Of a stretch of DNA of 36,107 nt, positions 15,091 through 22,026 are shown in pieces. The DNA comes from a virus, in the IMG/VR virus record IMGVR_UViG_3300045988_117996. One strand, 5' to 3'. A program made the position numbers and the translations under genes. Under the pieces are notes generated by a model. The model saw only the letters and a list, made by a program, of their open reading frames with translations. It was not told the DNA's origin and searched no databases. Within the stretch, counting starts at the first letter, position 1, and each line of letters opens with the position of its first letter.

Positions 15091-15566
15091 TAGAACGGCA
15101 CGTCCTCGTCGTAGAACTCGGACTGCGGGACCGCGGCGTAGGCCTGCTGGGCGCTCAACTGCGGCGCGGCCTGCGCCTGTGGCTGCATGGGCACCGTGTT
15201 CGCGAGGCTCTGCTGCGGCTGGGCCTGCGTCTGCCCCTCACGGCGCACCATGACCTCGATCTCGTCGACGATAACCTCGAGCTTGCTGCGCTTCTGGCCG
15301 TCGCGCTCCCAAGAGCTGTAGCGCAGCTTGCCCTCGATCGCGACCTTCATCCCCTTGGCGAGGAAACGGCCAACGGCCTCGGCGCGGTTGCCGAACATCG
15401 TGCAGTCGACGAAGTTGGGGTAGTCCTCCCACTCGCCGGTCTGCGCGTTGCGGCGGCGGTCGTTTACCGCAACACCGAAGGACAGGACCTGCGTCCCGCC
15501 CGCCGTGGCGCGCAGCTCCGGGTCGCGGGTCAGGTTGCCGCTGATGTTCACTCGGTTGATGCTCAC
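15090..15566 (-). CDS. ssb: Single-stranded DNA-binding protein
   Basis: OB-fold N-terminus VNISGNLTRDPELR..., Q-rich linker, acidic tip DEDVPF. GTGA start at 15566. Confidence 0.9.
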   Translation of the reverse strand: MSINRVNISGNLTRDPELRATAGGTQVLSFGVAVNDRRRNAQTGEWEDYPNFVDCTMFGNRAEAVGRFLAKGMKVAIEGKLRYSSWERDGQKRSKLEVIVDEIEVMVRREGQTQAQPQQSLANTVPMQPQAQAAPQLSAQQAYAAVPQSEFYDEDVPF

Positions 15567-15904
15567 TGCCCGTCCTCCCTCGCGGTCATGCAGCCCTTGA
15601 TGGCATCGACGAGGCGCGGCCCCTGCATGTAGCCAAGGCCGCTCACGCGGCGGCCGTCGCGGATATGGCACGCCTCGACGATCTTCTGCGCCGTGACCGG
15701 GCCGATGCCCGGGAACGAGCGGGCGAACTCCTCGACCTTGAGCCCCTGCGCGATGGGCGCCTCGATGGCGGCGTCGGGCGGGATGTTCCCCGCCTTGCAC
15801 GCCGCCTTGAACGCGGCGCGCTCGCGGCGCGTGTGGATGGCCCTCGCCATCGCCTCCTTGCGCTGCTCCGGCGTTCGGGTCGGCGGCAGGTTCTTCTTCT
15901 CCAT
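15563..15904 (-). CDS. Actinobacterial-type integration host factor (mIHF-like)
   Basis: TPEQRKEAMARAIHTRRERAAFK...FPGIGPVTAQKIVE...RRVSGLG parallels mycobacterial mIHF (LTDEQRAAALEKAAAARRARAELK...LPKVGKVKAQEIM...RRLRGLG). Confidence 0.65.
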   Translation of the reverse strand: MEKKNLPPTRTPEQRKEAMARAIHTRRERAAFKAACKAGNIPPDAAIEAPIAQGLKVEEFARSFPGIGPVTAQKIVEACHIRDGRRVSGLGYMQGPRLVDAIKGCMTAREDGQ

Positions 15905-15907
15905 GTC

Positions 15908-16906
15908 CTACATCCTCTCGACGTATCCGTGAATGTCGTTCTCGACCATGACGGCCCTCACGCGGCGCAGCTCGTCTGCCGTGGCGCACTCGATGACCAC
16001 GCGGTAGCCCCTCTGCGGTGCCGGGGCCGCATCCTCGGCCGCATCCGGCTCGGGGCGCGACGGGACCACCCGCACGCACCTCGGCACGCCCAAGGGCGGC
16101 TCAGGCTCGGGCTGCTCGTCGGGCAGCGACTCGGGGTCGAGCGGCAGCGGCTCGGGCTCCGGCTCGGGCTCCGGCTCGGGCTCCGGCGCTGTCGCCTGCT
16201 CGTAGGTCGCCGCGAGCGCGGCGGCCTTGGCGACCTCCTCGCGGTGCGCGGCGACCGCAGCCGCCACCTCGCCCGAGTCCGCCGGCAGGGTCCTCGCCCA
16301 CCACGCGACGGCCCACGCCTTCTCGGACTCGTCCGCGTAGTCGAGGCCGCTGACGAACTTGAACTGGTGCAGCAGCTCGCCCACGCGGCACTCGATGATG
16401 TTCTTGGCCTTGACCTCGCCGAAGCTCGCGTTGAGCCACTTGTCGTCGGCGATGCGCTCGTATGGCACCAGCGGCCCCATCTCGCCCGCAAGGTCGTAGT
16501 AGTGGCCCTTGAGCGCGGCGAGGCGGCGGGCCCTGCACTCGCCGTCGTATCGGTCGATTTCGGCCTTGTACTCATCGGAGAGCTTGTCGATTGGCGCCGT
16601 GATCTCGCCTATGGTCTCGTCGAACGTCTTTAGCAGGTCTCTGTACTTCTTCTTCGCGGCCTTGCGCTGCGCCTCGATGGGCTTCTTCACGTCGTTGACC
16701 GCCGCGCGGTACTTCTTCGCCGCCTTGAAGTCCTCGTCATTCTCGATGCGCTTGACGTCCACGTAGTCCGCCAGCTTCTCGTCCACGTTCTTCTTGAGCT
16801 TCGCCAGCTTGTCCTCGAGCGTGTCGTCGATGGCGAGAGACGCCACCAGCGTGTCGAAGTCTTCCTCGAGCGGCACGGCCTCGACCGCCAAAACCTCGCC
16901 TGCCAT
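15908..16906 (-). CDS. DUF1351-like recombination-module protein with a PE-repeat linker (332 aa)
   Basis: Coiled-coil, K-rich N-half typical of the gene that accompanies phage RecT/Erf. Family assignment tentative. Confidence 0.5.
   Translation of the reverse strand: MAGEVLAVEAVPLEEDFDTLVASLAIDDTLEDKLAKLKKNVDEKLADYVDVKRIENDEDFKAAKKYRAAVNDVKKPIEAQRKAAKKKYRDLLKTFDETIGEITAPIDKLSDEYKAEIDRYDGECRARRLAALKGHYYDLAGEMGPLVPYERIADDKWLNASFGEVKAKNIIECRVGELLHQFKFVSGLDYADESEKAWAVAWWARTLPADSGEVAAAVAAHREEVAKAAALAATYEQATAPEPEPEPEPEPEPLPLDPESLPDEQPEPEPPLGVPRCVRVVPSRPEPDAAEDAAPAPQRGYRVVIECATADELRRVRAVMVENDIHGYVERM
16149..16184 (-). repeat. 12-bp perfect tandem repeat x3 (ggctcgggctcc) encoding (PE)n
   Basis: Read directly at 16149-16160, 16161-16172 and 16173-16184. 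Confidence 0.9.
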
Positions 16907-17805
16907 CAGAAGCCTCCCAGAAGGTCGTCGTCGGTCGCGTACTCGGCGGGCGCGGGCTCATAGGCGGGCGCGGGCTCCGGCTCGGGGGCGGCGGGCTCGG
17001 GCCGCGTGGCGCGGGCCGCGATCTCCTCCTCCATCCAAGAGGCCGCGCGGCGCGCCTGCATGAGCGTCATGTCGTGCATGGAGCCCGACGTGCAGCCCAC
17101 GGCGGCGCAGATGGCCGCCATGGCCCCGGCGCTGTCGAGCCCGGTCGCCGCCATAAACGGCTTGAACAGGTCGCGCACGGGCTGCAGGTCGGCCACGGGC
17201 TCGACGCTCTCGGCCTCGACGGCCTGAGTGCCGGCGCGCATGTCGCGTTCGACCTTCTGGTCCATCTCCTCGCCCGTGTACATCCCGCCGAACTCGTCGG
17301 GGTAGGCCAGGCGCCACGCGCCGGCCTTGGCGCACTTCTCGATCATGACGCCCGGCATCTTCGCCCAGTTGCTCTTGCCGGTGCTGTAGTCGCTAAGCGC
17401 CAGCTCCACGTAGGCCGGCTCCTTGCCGTCCTTGAACTGCACCTCGGCCCAGCCGCCGAGCAACTGCTCGCCAACCTGCTTGTAGACGGCGCTGCCGCGC
17501 TTCTTGACGATCTGCCCCTCGCGCATCACCACGACGCCGCTCTTGATGCCGCCGTAGCTCTCCTGACGGTTGGCGCGGCGGTTGAACACCTGATAGCTAG
17601 TGATGATGCTCGCCGGGGCGTCCCTGTACTTCACCAGGTAGACCTCCTTGGTGAAGGGGTTCAGGTGCTGGCGGTTGCACAGCTCGATGCACAGCGCCAG
17701 TTCGCTTTCGGTCGCGTTCGGGCACAGGCGCTCGCGGATGTCCTGCGAGGTGAACTTGACGGGCATGCCCGCATCGTCCTTGAACTCGATGACCTCGTTA
17801 CTCAT
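16906..17805 (-). CDS. recT: RecT/Bet-family single-strand annealing protein
   Basis: ELALCIELCNRQHLNPFTKEVYLVKY...KSNWAKMPGVMIEKCAKAGAWRLAYP. Confidence 0.85.
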   Translation of the reverse strand: MSNEVIEFKDDAGMPVKFTSQDIRERLCPNATESELALCIELCNRQHLNPFTKEVYLVKYRDAPASIITSYQVFNRRANRQESYGGIKSGVVVMREGQIVKKRGSAVYKQVGEQLLGGWAEVQFKDGKEPAYVELALSDYSTGKSNWAKMPGVMIEKCAKAGAWRLAYPDEFGGMYTGEEMDQKVERDMRAGTQAVEAESVEPVADLQPVRDLFKPFMAATGLDSAGAMAAICAAVGCTSGSMHDMTLMQARRAASWMEEEIAARATRPEPAAPEPEPAPAYEPAPAEYATDDDLLGGF

Positions 17806-18094
17806 CGACGCTCACCTCGCATCCGTAGAGCTTGGAGATCGTGGCGACGGCGCCGTTCTCGGCGTAGATGTCCTCGCACTTCTTGCCGTACGCGATGATG
17901 ACCGCCAGGAAGTCGCGGTCGAACTCGATGGGCTCCTCGTCCATCAGCGCGGGCGCGACCGCCATGCCGTAGGCGACTCCGCGGAGCACCGCGGGGTCGA
18001 CGTCGCGCTCGAGCGCCTCGGCGTTGAGCTCCGTGTTGATGAGGACGTTGCCCACGGCCTGCCTCATGAGCTCCTTGAATGCCTTTCGCTTCAT
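17798..18094 (-). CDS. Hypothetical protein (98 aa)
   Basis: RBS GGAGGAAATGTAA before ATG 18094. Confidence 0.6.
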   Translation of the reverse strand: MKRKAFKELMRQAVGNVLINTELNAEALERDVDPAVLRGVAYGMAVAPALMDEEPIEFDRDFLAVIIAYGKKCEDIYAENGAVATISKLYGCEVSVDE

Positions 18095-18553
18095 TTACAT
18101 TTCCTCCGTTTCGTCCCTGCGCCCGGACCACCCGGGCGCAATGGTTATGTCCATGCGCTCGGCCTGCCAACGCACCCTGGGGTGCTTTACCACGTGCAGG
18201 TCGACCACTTGCGCGTCGTCGGCCCAGACGAGCCCGTTGAGCGCGTCCATGACCAGCTTGCCCTCGTTGTCCCCGTCCGGCTTGTAGGTGTCCGGCTCCG
18301 AGCGCACGCGCTTGGGCCGGCTCTCCGGCAGCGGACGGTAGGCGTCGACGTTGAGAATCACCGGCTCGTGCGGGCCGAAGGGCATGGGCTGGATGCCAGC
18401 CTCGGCCATCGCCTCCGCACACGCCGCCGCGATGGCCCGCTCGGCCCTCAGCGTCTCGGTCGGCGTGTACATCCGTGCGTGCCCGCGGTCGAGCCTGTGG
18501 CGCTGCTTGCCCGCCGCGAACATGACGGTGAACGCGAATCGCCCGCCGCTCAC
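18095..18553 (-). CDS. rusA: RusA-family Holliday junction resolvase
   Basis: YKPDGDNEGKLVMDALNGLVWADDAQVVDLHVVK. GTG start at 18553 overlaps the stop of a 12-codon leader ORF. Confidence 0.8.
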   Translation of the reverse strand: MSGGRFAFTVMFAAGKQRHRLDRGHARMYTPTETLRAERAIAAACAEAMAEAGIQPMPFGPHEPVILNVDAYRPLPESRPKRVRSEPDTYKPDGDNEGKLVMDALNGLVWADDAQVVDLHVVKHPRVRWQAERMDITIAPGWSGRRDETEEM

Positions 18554-18588
18554 AGTACCGACCCCTTCTTGCAGTTCATGATCTTCAT
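18550..18588 (-). CDS. 12-codon leader mini-ORF (MKIMNCKKGSVL) coupled to rusA
   Basis: Strong RBS TAGGAGGAACG before ATG 18588. Its TGA overlaps the rusA GTG (GTGA). Confidence 0.3.
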   Translation of the reverse strand: MKIMNCKKGSVL

Positions 18589-18596
18589 CGTTCCTC

Positions 18597-18755
18597 CTAG
18601 TAGTACATCCCGCTCGGCGCGGTGCCCTCGATGGCACCGGCGGCGGCGATGAGGCCGATGAAGATCACGAGGCTCAGGACGCTGCGGGTGCGCTCGGGCA
18701 GCGAGTGCCACCAGTCGGACACCCGGTCGCTAAGCTGCAAAAGAATCACTCCCAT
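18597..18755 (-). CDS. Small membrane protein (52 aa)
   Basis: Not in the ORF track. Translates to MGVILLQLSDRVSDWWHSLPERTRSVLSLVIFIGLIAAAGAIEGTAPSGMYY. Fills the gap between the Xis-like gene and rusA. Confidence 0.4.
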   Translation of the reverse strand: MGVILLQLSDRVSDWWHSLPERTRSVLSLVIFIGLIAAAGAIEGTAPSGMYY

Positions 18756-18984
18756 GCGTTCCCTCCTCGATCCACTCGTCGACCCACTCGGGGCGCACCA
18801 TGCGCCCCACCTTGCGCCCCTCGGGCAGCTGCGAGCGCAGGCGGCCCGCCTTGCACTCGATGCGCAGCGTGTTGTAGGGCACCCCCGTCACCCTCGACGC
18901 CTCGCGCAGCGTGTACATCAGCTTGTGCCTGATGCCAAGCTCGTCGGCCATCTGCTGGAACGTTTTGGCTCTGCTAGAATCCAT
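18730..18984 (-). CDS. Excisionase-family/MerR-like HTH DNA-binding protein (84 aa)
   Basis: LREASRVTGVPYNTLRIECKAGRL...RMVRPEWVDEWI. RBS AAAGGAGG. Confidence 0.6.
   Translation of the reverse strand: MDSSRAKTFQQMADELGIRHKLMYTLREASRVTGVPYNTLRIECKAGRLRSQLPEGRKVGRMVRPEWVDEWIEEGTHGSDSFAA
18972..18980 (+). promoter_or_regulatory. Extended -10 promoter-like element (TGcTAGAAT) on the plus strand
   Basis: tgctagaat at 18972-18980, a rare AT-rich hexamer in GC-rich coding sequence, 27 nt upstream of a plus-strand terminator. Confidence 0.3.
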
Positions 18985-18986
18985 GA

Positions 18987-19046
18987 GTGACCTCCTTTCA
19001 GGTCAGGGAGCCGTCCCAGCCTTCCACACTGGGCGGCTCCTTTTTT
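18987..19046 (+). ncRNA. Candidate ~60-nt cis-antisense sRNA covering the SD of the Xis-like gene
   Basis: Bounded by the extended -10 (18972-18980) and the terminator at 19007-19046. Contains cctcc, complementary to the GGAGG RBS. Confidence 0.3.
19007..19046 (+). terminator. Plus-strand rho-independent terminator in a minus-strand operon
   Basis: Stem ggagccg(t)ccca / tgggcggctcc, 11-nt loop, followed by TTTTTT (19041-19046). Confidence 0.6.
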
Positions 19047-19052
19047 GTCTTT

Positions 19053-19203
19053 CCGGGGCCTCGCCCCCGGCACGGCACCGGTAGGGAACGTCCCCGCGGA
19101 TGGTTATGGAGAGCCGCGGGGCAACGGTGCCGCCCCGGGGATGGGGCCCGCGGGTATTGCCTGAGCGGCAATACCCGCGTTAACGCGTTACACACGCGTT
19201 AGG
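19053..19203. promoter_or_regulatory. Highly structured intergenic region with GC hairpins and 3x CGCGTTA repeats
   Basis: Hairpin at 19053-19070. Nested hairpin 19073-19132 (cggcaccg..ccccgcgg..ccgcgggg..cggtgccg). Perfect 13-bp stem at 19149-19179. cgcgtta at 19176, 19184 and 19195, including the palindrome taacgcgtta. Confidence 0.5.
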
Positions 19204-19266
19204 CTTCGGGCCATGATTCGTAGACAGCAGACATATCGCCCGAAGCACGTCCGACCAGCGGGCCCC

Positions 19267-19479
19267 CTACTCGTGCGGCTCGTCGACTGGGTCGAGCGGC
19301 ACCCTCGCATCAGCGCCGCGATCGTCCTCGCCGGGTTCATCAACGACGCCTGCGACCTGCTTGGGCGCGTCGTTGATCTCGCGATGTTTCTCATGAAGCT
19401 CGCGGGTGTGCTCTAGCACGAACGCGACCGCGAGAATGTCGAGGAAGACCCGGACGGCCGCATGGATAAGGTTCAACAT
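19267..19479 (-). CDS. Small hydrophobic-N-terminus protein (70 aa) downstream of the SPFH gene
   Basis: ATG 19479 lies 12 nt after the SPFH stop, with AGGGG upstream. A plus-strand ORF (19213..19416) competes with it. Confidence 0.4.
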   Translation of the reverse strand: MLNLIHAAVRVFLDILAVAFVLEHTRELHEKHREINDAPKQVAGVVDEPGEDDRGADARVPLDPVDEPHE

Positions 19480-19490
19480 CGCCGCCGCCC

Positions 19491-20462
19491 CTACTTCGTG
19501 CCCACGATCGGCTGGGAGCCCTCGGGCACGACGACGAGGTTGCCGTCCTTGCCGATGCTCTTGAGCGCGTCTATGTAGTGCTGCTGGATGACCTGGTCGT
19601 TGAGCGAGTTCGCGAGGACCGCGTTCGCGTCCGCCTCGCCCTGGGCCTCGATCTTCTTGGTCTCGGCCTGGACCTTGGCCGTCTCCTGCTCGTTCTGGGC
19701 CTTCTGCTTGGCGACCTCGGCCGCCTGCGCCTCGCTGTAGCTCTTGGTGATGTTCTTCGGGTAGCGGACGTCCTGCACGCTCACCTGCTCGACCGTGAGG
19801 CCTATGCCCTTCCACTTCTTGGTTAGGGCCTTCTGGACGGCCTTGGTGAACTGTGAGCGGTCGGTGAGCATCGTCACCGTGTCGAATCCGCCCGAGACCT
19901 CGCGGGTGACGGCGCGGACGTCGTTGGAGATGTACTTCTCCACGAAGCTCTCCTGCGTGCCGTACTCGCTATAGAGCGTGAGCGCGGCGTCGGGGTTGAG
20001 CGAGTAGTTGACCTGGATGTCGATGTTGGCGCTGGCGCCCGACTTGTCGTTGATGGAGACCTGCTTGCCCTCGTAGGAGCCGCCGTCCACCTCGTAGTCG
20101 GTGTCCCCGTAGAAGTTGATGAGGTTGTTGCGGACGTCGTAGGTCACGACGTCCTGCCAGGGGGCCTTGGCGTGGAAACCGGCCTCGGAGGTCGAGCCGG
20201 CGAGCGAGCCGCCGAGGTTGCGGATGACGCAGACCTCGCCGGTGTCCTGCGTGTAGAGGCAGGCGGTGGCGGCGATGACGGCACCTGCCAGGATGAGGGG
20301 CAGGGCGCACGCGGGCGAGACGATGCGGGCCTCGTACTTGTTGCCCCAATGGTCTGCGGGCCCGGCGGCCTTCTCGCGCTCGGCCTCGTTATACCGCTTG
20401 ATGGCGACGGCGGCGGCCACGCCGCCGAGTCCCAGACCAGCTCCGATAATCAGTTGAATCAT
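19491..20462 (-). CDS. SPFH/band-7 (prohibitin/HflKC-like) membrane protein (323 aa)
   Basis: Two N-terminal hydrophobic segments. SPFH core VIRNLGG...GLTVEQVSVQDVRYP. Coiled-coil AQAAEVAKQKAQNEQETAKVQAE. RBS AAGGAG. Confidence 0.8.
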   Translation of the reverse strand: MIQLIIGAGLGLGGVAAAVAIKRYNEAEREKAAGPADHWGNKYEARIVSPACALPLILAGAVIAATACLYTQDTGEVCVIRNLGGSLAGSTSEAGFHAKAPWQDVVTYDVRNNLINFYGDTDYEVDGGSYEGKQVSINDKSGASANIDIQVNYSLNPDAALTLYSEYGTQESFVEKYISNDVRAVTREVSGGFDTVTMLTDRSQFTKAVQKALTKKWKGIGLTVEQVSVQDVRYPKNITKSYSEAQAAEVAKQKAQNEQETAKVQAETKKIEAQGEADANAVLANSLNDQVIQQHYIDALKSIGKDGNLVVVPEGSQPIVGTK

Positions 20463-20560
20463 TTCCTACTCCTTTTCGTTTGGTCAAATCTAATTACGGT
20501 CCGTCCCGACGTAGGAGCCGTCTACAAGCTCGAAGTCGTAGCGGACCCGCTTACCCATCG

Positions 20561-20890
20561 CTACTCACGCTCCTTCAGCTGATACATGACCCACTCGCCC
20601 GCAGCGAGGCCGACCTCAACCGGCTGGATGCCGGGGTCGATGGCGTCGGCGGTGTTCATGCACACCGTGCGCTGGACGTAGGCCATGACCGCCTCGCCGC
20701 GCAGCAGCCCGTCCAGGCGCCCGCGGGCGTCGAGGAACGACTCGAAGGCCTCGCGGTGCCAGCCGTCGCCGGCGTCACACCAGCAGACGATGGCCTCGAT
20801 GCCCGAGAAGCCGCTCGGGCACTCGATCTCGAAGGACTTCCCGCGCGCCTCGTACCTGATGTTCTCGCGGCGCATCTTCACGTCTCCCAT
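20561..20890 (-). CDS. Hypothetical protein (109 aa)
   Basis: RBS AGGGGAGGG before ATG 20890. Confidence 0.6.
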   Translation of the reverse strand: MGDVKMRRENIRYEARGKSFEIECPSGFSGIEAIVCWCDAGDGWHREAFESFLDARGRLDGLLRGEAVMAYVQRTVCMNTADAIDPGIQPVEVGLAAGEWVMYQLKERE

Positions 20891-20901
20891 GTCGCCCTCC
20901 C

Positions 20902-21012
20902 CTACAGCTCGAAGTCGGAAAAGTCGCGGGCCTCGGCGGGCTCGGCCTCGACCGTGATGGCCTCGGGGATGTTCCAGCCGCCCAGCTCGATGTCGATGTA
21001 GTTCTCGTTCAT
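20902..21012 (-). CDS. Small acidic protein (36 aa)
   Basis: Not in the ORF track. RBS GGAGAG 5 nt before ATG 21012. Translates to MNENYIDIELGGWNIPEAITVEAEPAEARDFSDFEL. Confidence 0.4.
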   Translation of the reverse strand: MNENYIDIELGGWNIPEAITVEAEPAEARDFSDFEL

Positions 21013-21042
21013 GGTTCTCTCCGTTTCGTTTGTGACTTTAGT

Positions 21043-21240
21043 TTAATCCAAATCGTTGGCCAAAAAAATAGAATCTCGCGAGACGCCCAAGAAGCGGCAG
21101 GCCGCGTCGAATGCGTCGGTAGGCATTCGGTTCGTCTCCTCGTACCGCTGATAGGTGGGGTAGGTGACGCCCATCGCCTCGGCTACGGCGCCCTTTTTGA
21201 CGCCTTTGCGCTCTCGGACCTCTCTCAACGTTTCTGTCAT
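21043..21240 (-). CDS. Cro-like XRE-family HTH regulator (65 aa)
   Basis: HTH KKGAVAEAMGVTYPTYQRYE. Divergent from the CI-like gene. RBS AAAGGAGG. Confidence 0.8.
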   Translation of the reverse strand: MTETLREVRERKGVKKGAVAEAMGVTYPTYQRYEETNRMPTDAFDAACRFLGVSRDSIFLANDLD

Positions 21241-21348
21241 CCCGTCCTCCTTTCGCTGTAATCATATTATAACACATTCAAGATAATTCAAACTACTTTT
21301 ATTAATAAAATTAGAGGGAAATTGTAACTTACCTAAAGGGGTGAAAAG
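21241..21348. promoter_or_regulatory. AT-rich divergent promoter/operator region of the genetic switch
   Basis: 108 bp between the divergent HTH genes. Minus-strand extended -10 TGTTATAAT (21266-21274). 14-bp palindrome ttttattaataaaa (21297-21310). attcaa x2. Confidence 0.65.
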
Positions 21349-21969
21349 ATGAACCTCGGGAAGAAGATTCGCGCACACCGCGACGAGCTGGGCCTCACGC
21401 AGGCAGAGTTGGCGGACAAGCTCGGTCTTACCTACTCGTCGGTAAGTCAGTGGGAAAGCGGCCGCGCCACGCCGAGGACGCCTATCCTTCGTCAGCTCGC
21501 CGACCTCTTCGACACCACTGTAGCCGACCTCATGGGAGAGGACGCCACCGAGGCCGCCATCAGCGGCACCTCGCGCATGGTCCCCCTGCTGGGCTTCGCG
21601 CACATGGGCGAGCCGTGCGACGAGGGCAACCTCGCCGACGAGGTCGAGGTCCCCGCCTCCATCGCCGACGCGCACCCGCGCGGCTTCATGGTCCACGCGC
21701 AGGGCGGCTGCATGGACAACCGTTTCCCCCACGACGCCCTGCTGCTGGTCGACCCCGACATGGAGCCGGTCAACGGCCAGCCGGTGTTCGCCGAGACGTC
21801 CGACTACGGCGCCGTGGTGCGCAACTACACCCGGGGCCGCTCCACGGTCATGCTCACGGCGGACAGCCACAGCGGCGAGTACGACGACATCCTCGCCGGG
21901 CCGGGCGACGAGCCCGTGGTCTGCAAGGGCCGCGTCGTCTGGTACATGGGCGAGCGGGACGAGAGGTAG
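21349..21969 (+). CDS. CI/LexA-like repressor (XRE HTH + S24-like domain with substituted catalytic residues)
   Basis: HTH LGLTQAELADKLGLTYSSVSQWE. S24-like region QGGCMDNRFPHDALLLVDP...GAVVRNY...GRVVW. Confidence 0.85.
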   Translation: MNLGKKIRAHRDELGLTQAELADKLGLTYSSVSQWESGRATPRTPILRQLADLFDTTVADLMGEDATEAAISGTSRMVPLLGFAHMGEPCDEGNLADEVEVPASIADAHPRGFMVHAQGGCMDNRFPHDALLLVDPDMEPVNGQPVFAETSDYGAVVRNYTRGRSTVMLTADSHSGEYDDILAGPGDEPVVCKGRVVWYMGERDER

Positions 21970-22026
21970 AGACATTGGGGCCGGCCGGGCCCCTGCCAAC
22001 CAGACTGGAAGAACGGAGGAGCGCGG

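Noticed and set aside
18730-18984. The excisionase-like HTH as evidence for an integration module
   Set aside because: This HTH fold is shared by many small phage regulators. With no integrase recognisable anywhere, it cannot be called a functional Xis.
19213-19416. Plus-strand 67-aa ORF opposite the 70-aa minus-strand ORF
   Set aside because: Its SD is weak and it would be convergent with the SPFH operon. Codon-position GC does not discriminate between the two frames. I kept the minus-strand ORF at low confidence, and the plus ORF cannot be fully excluded.
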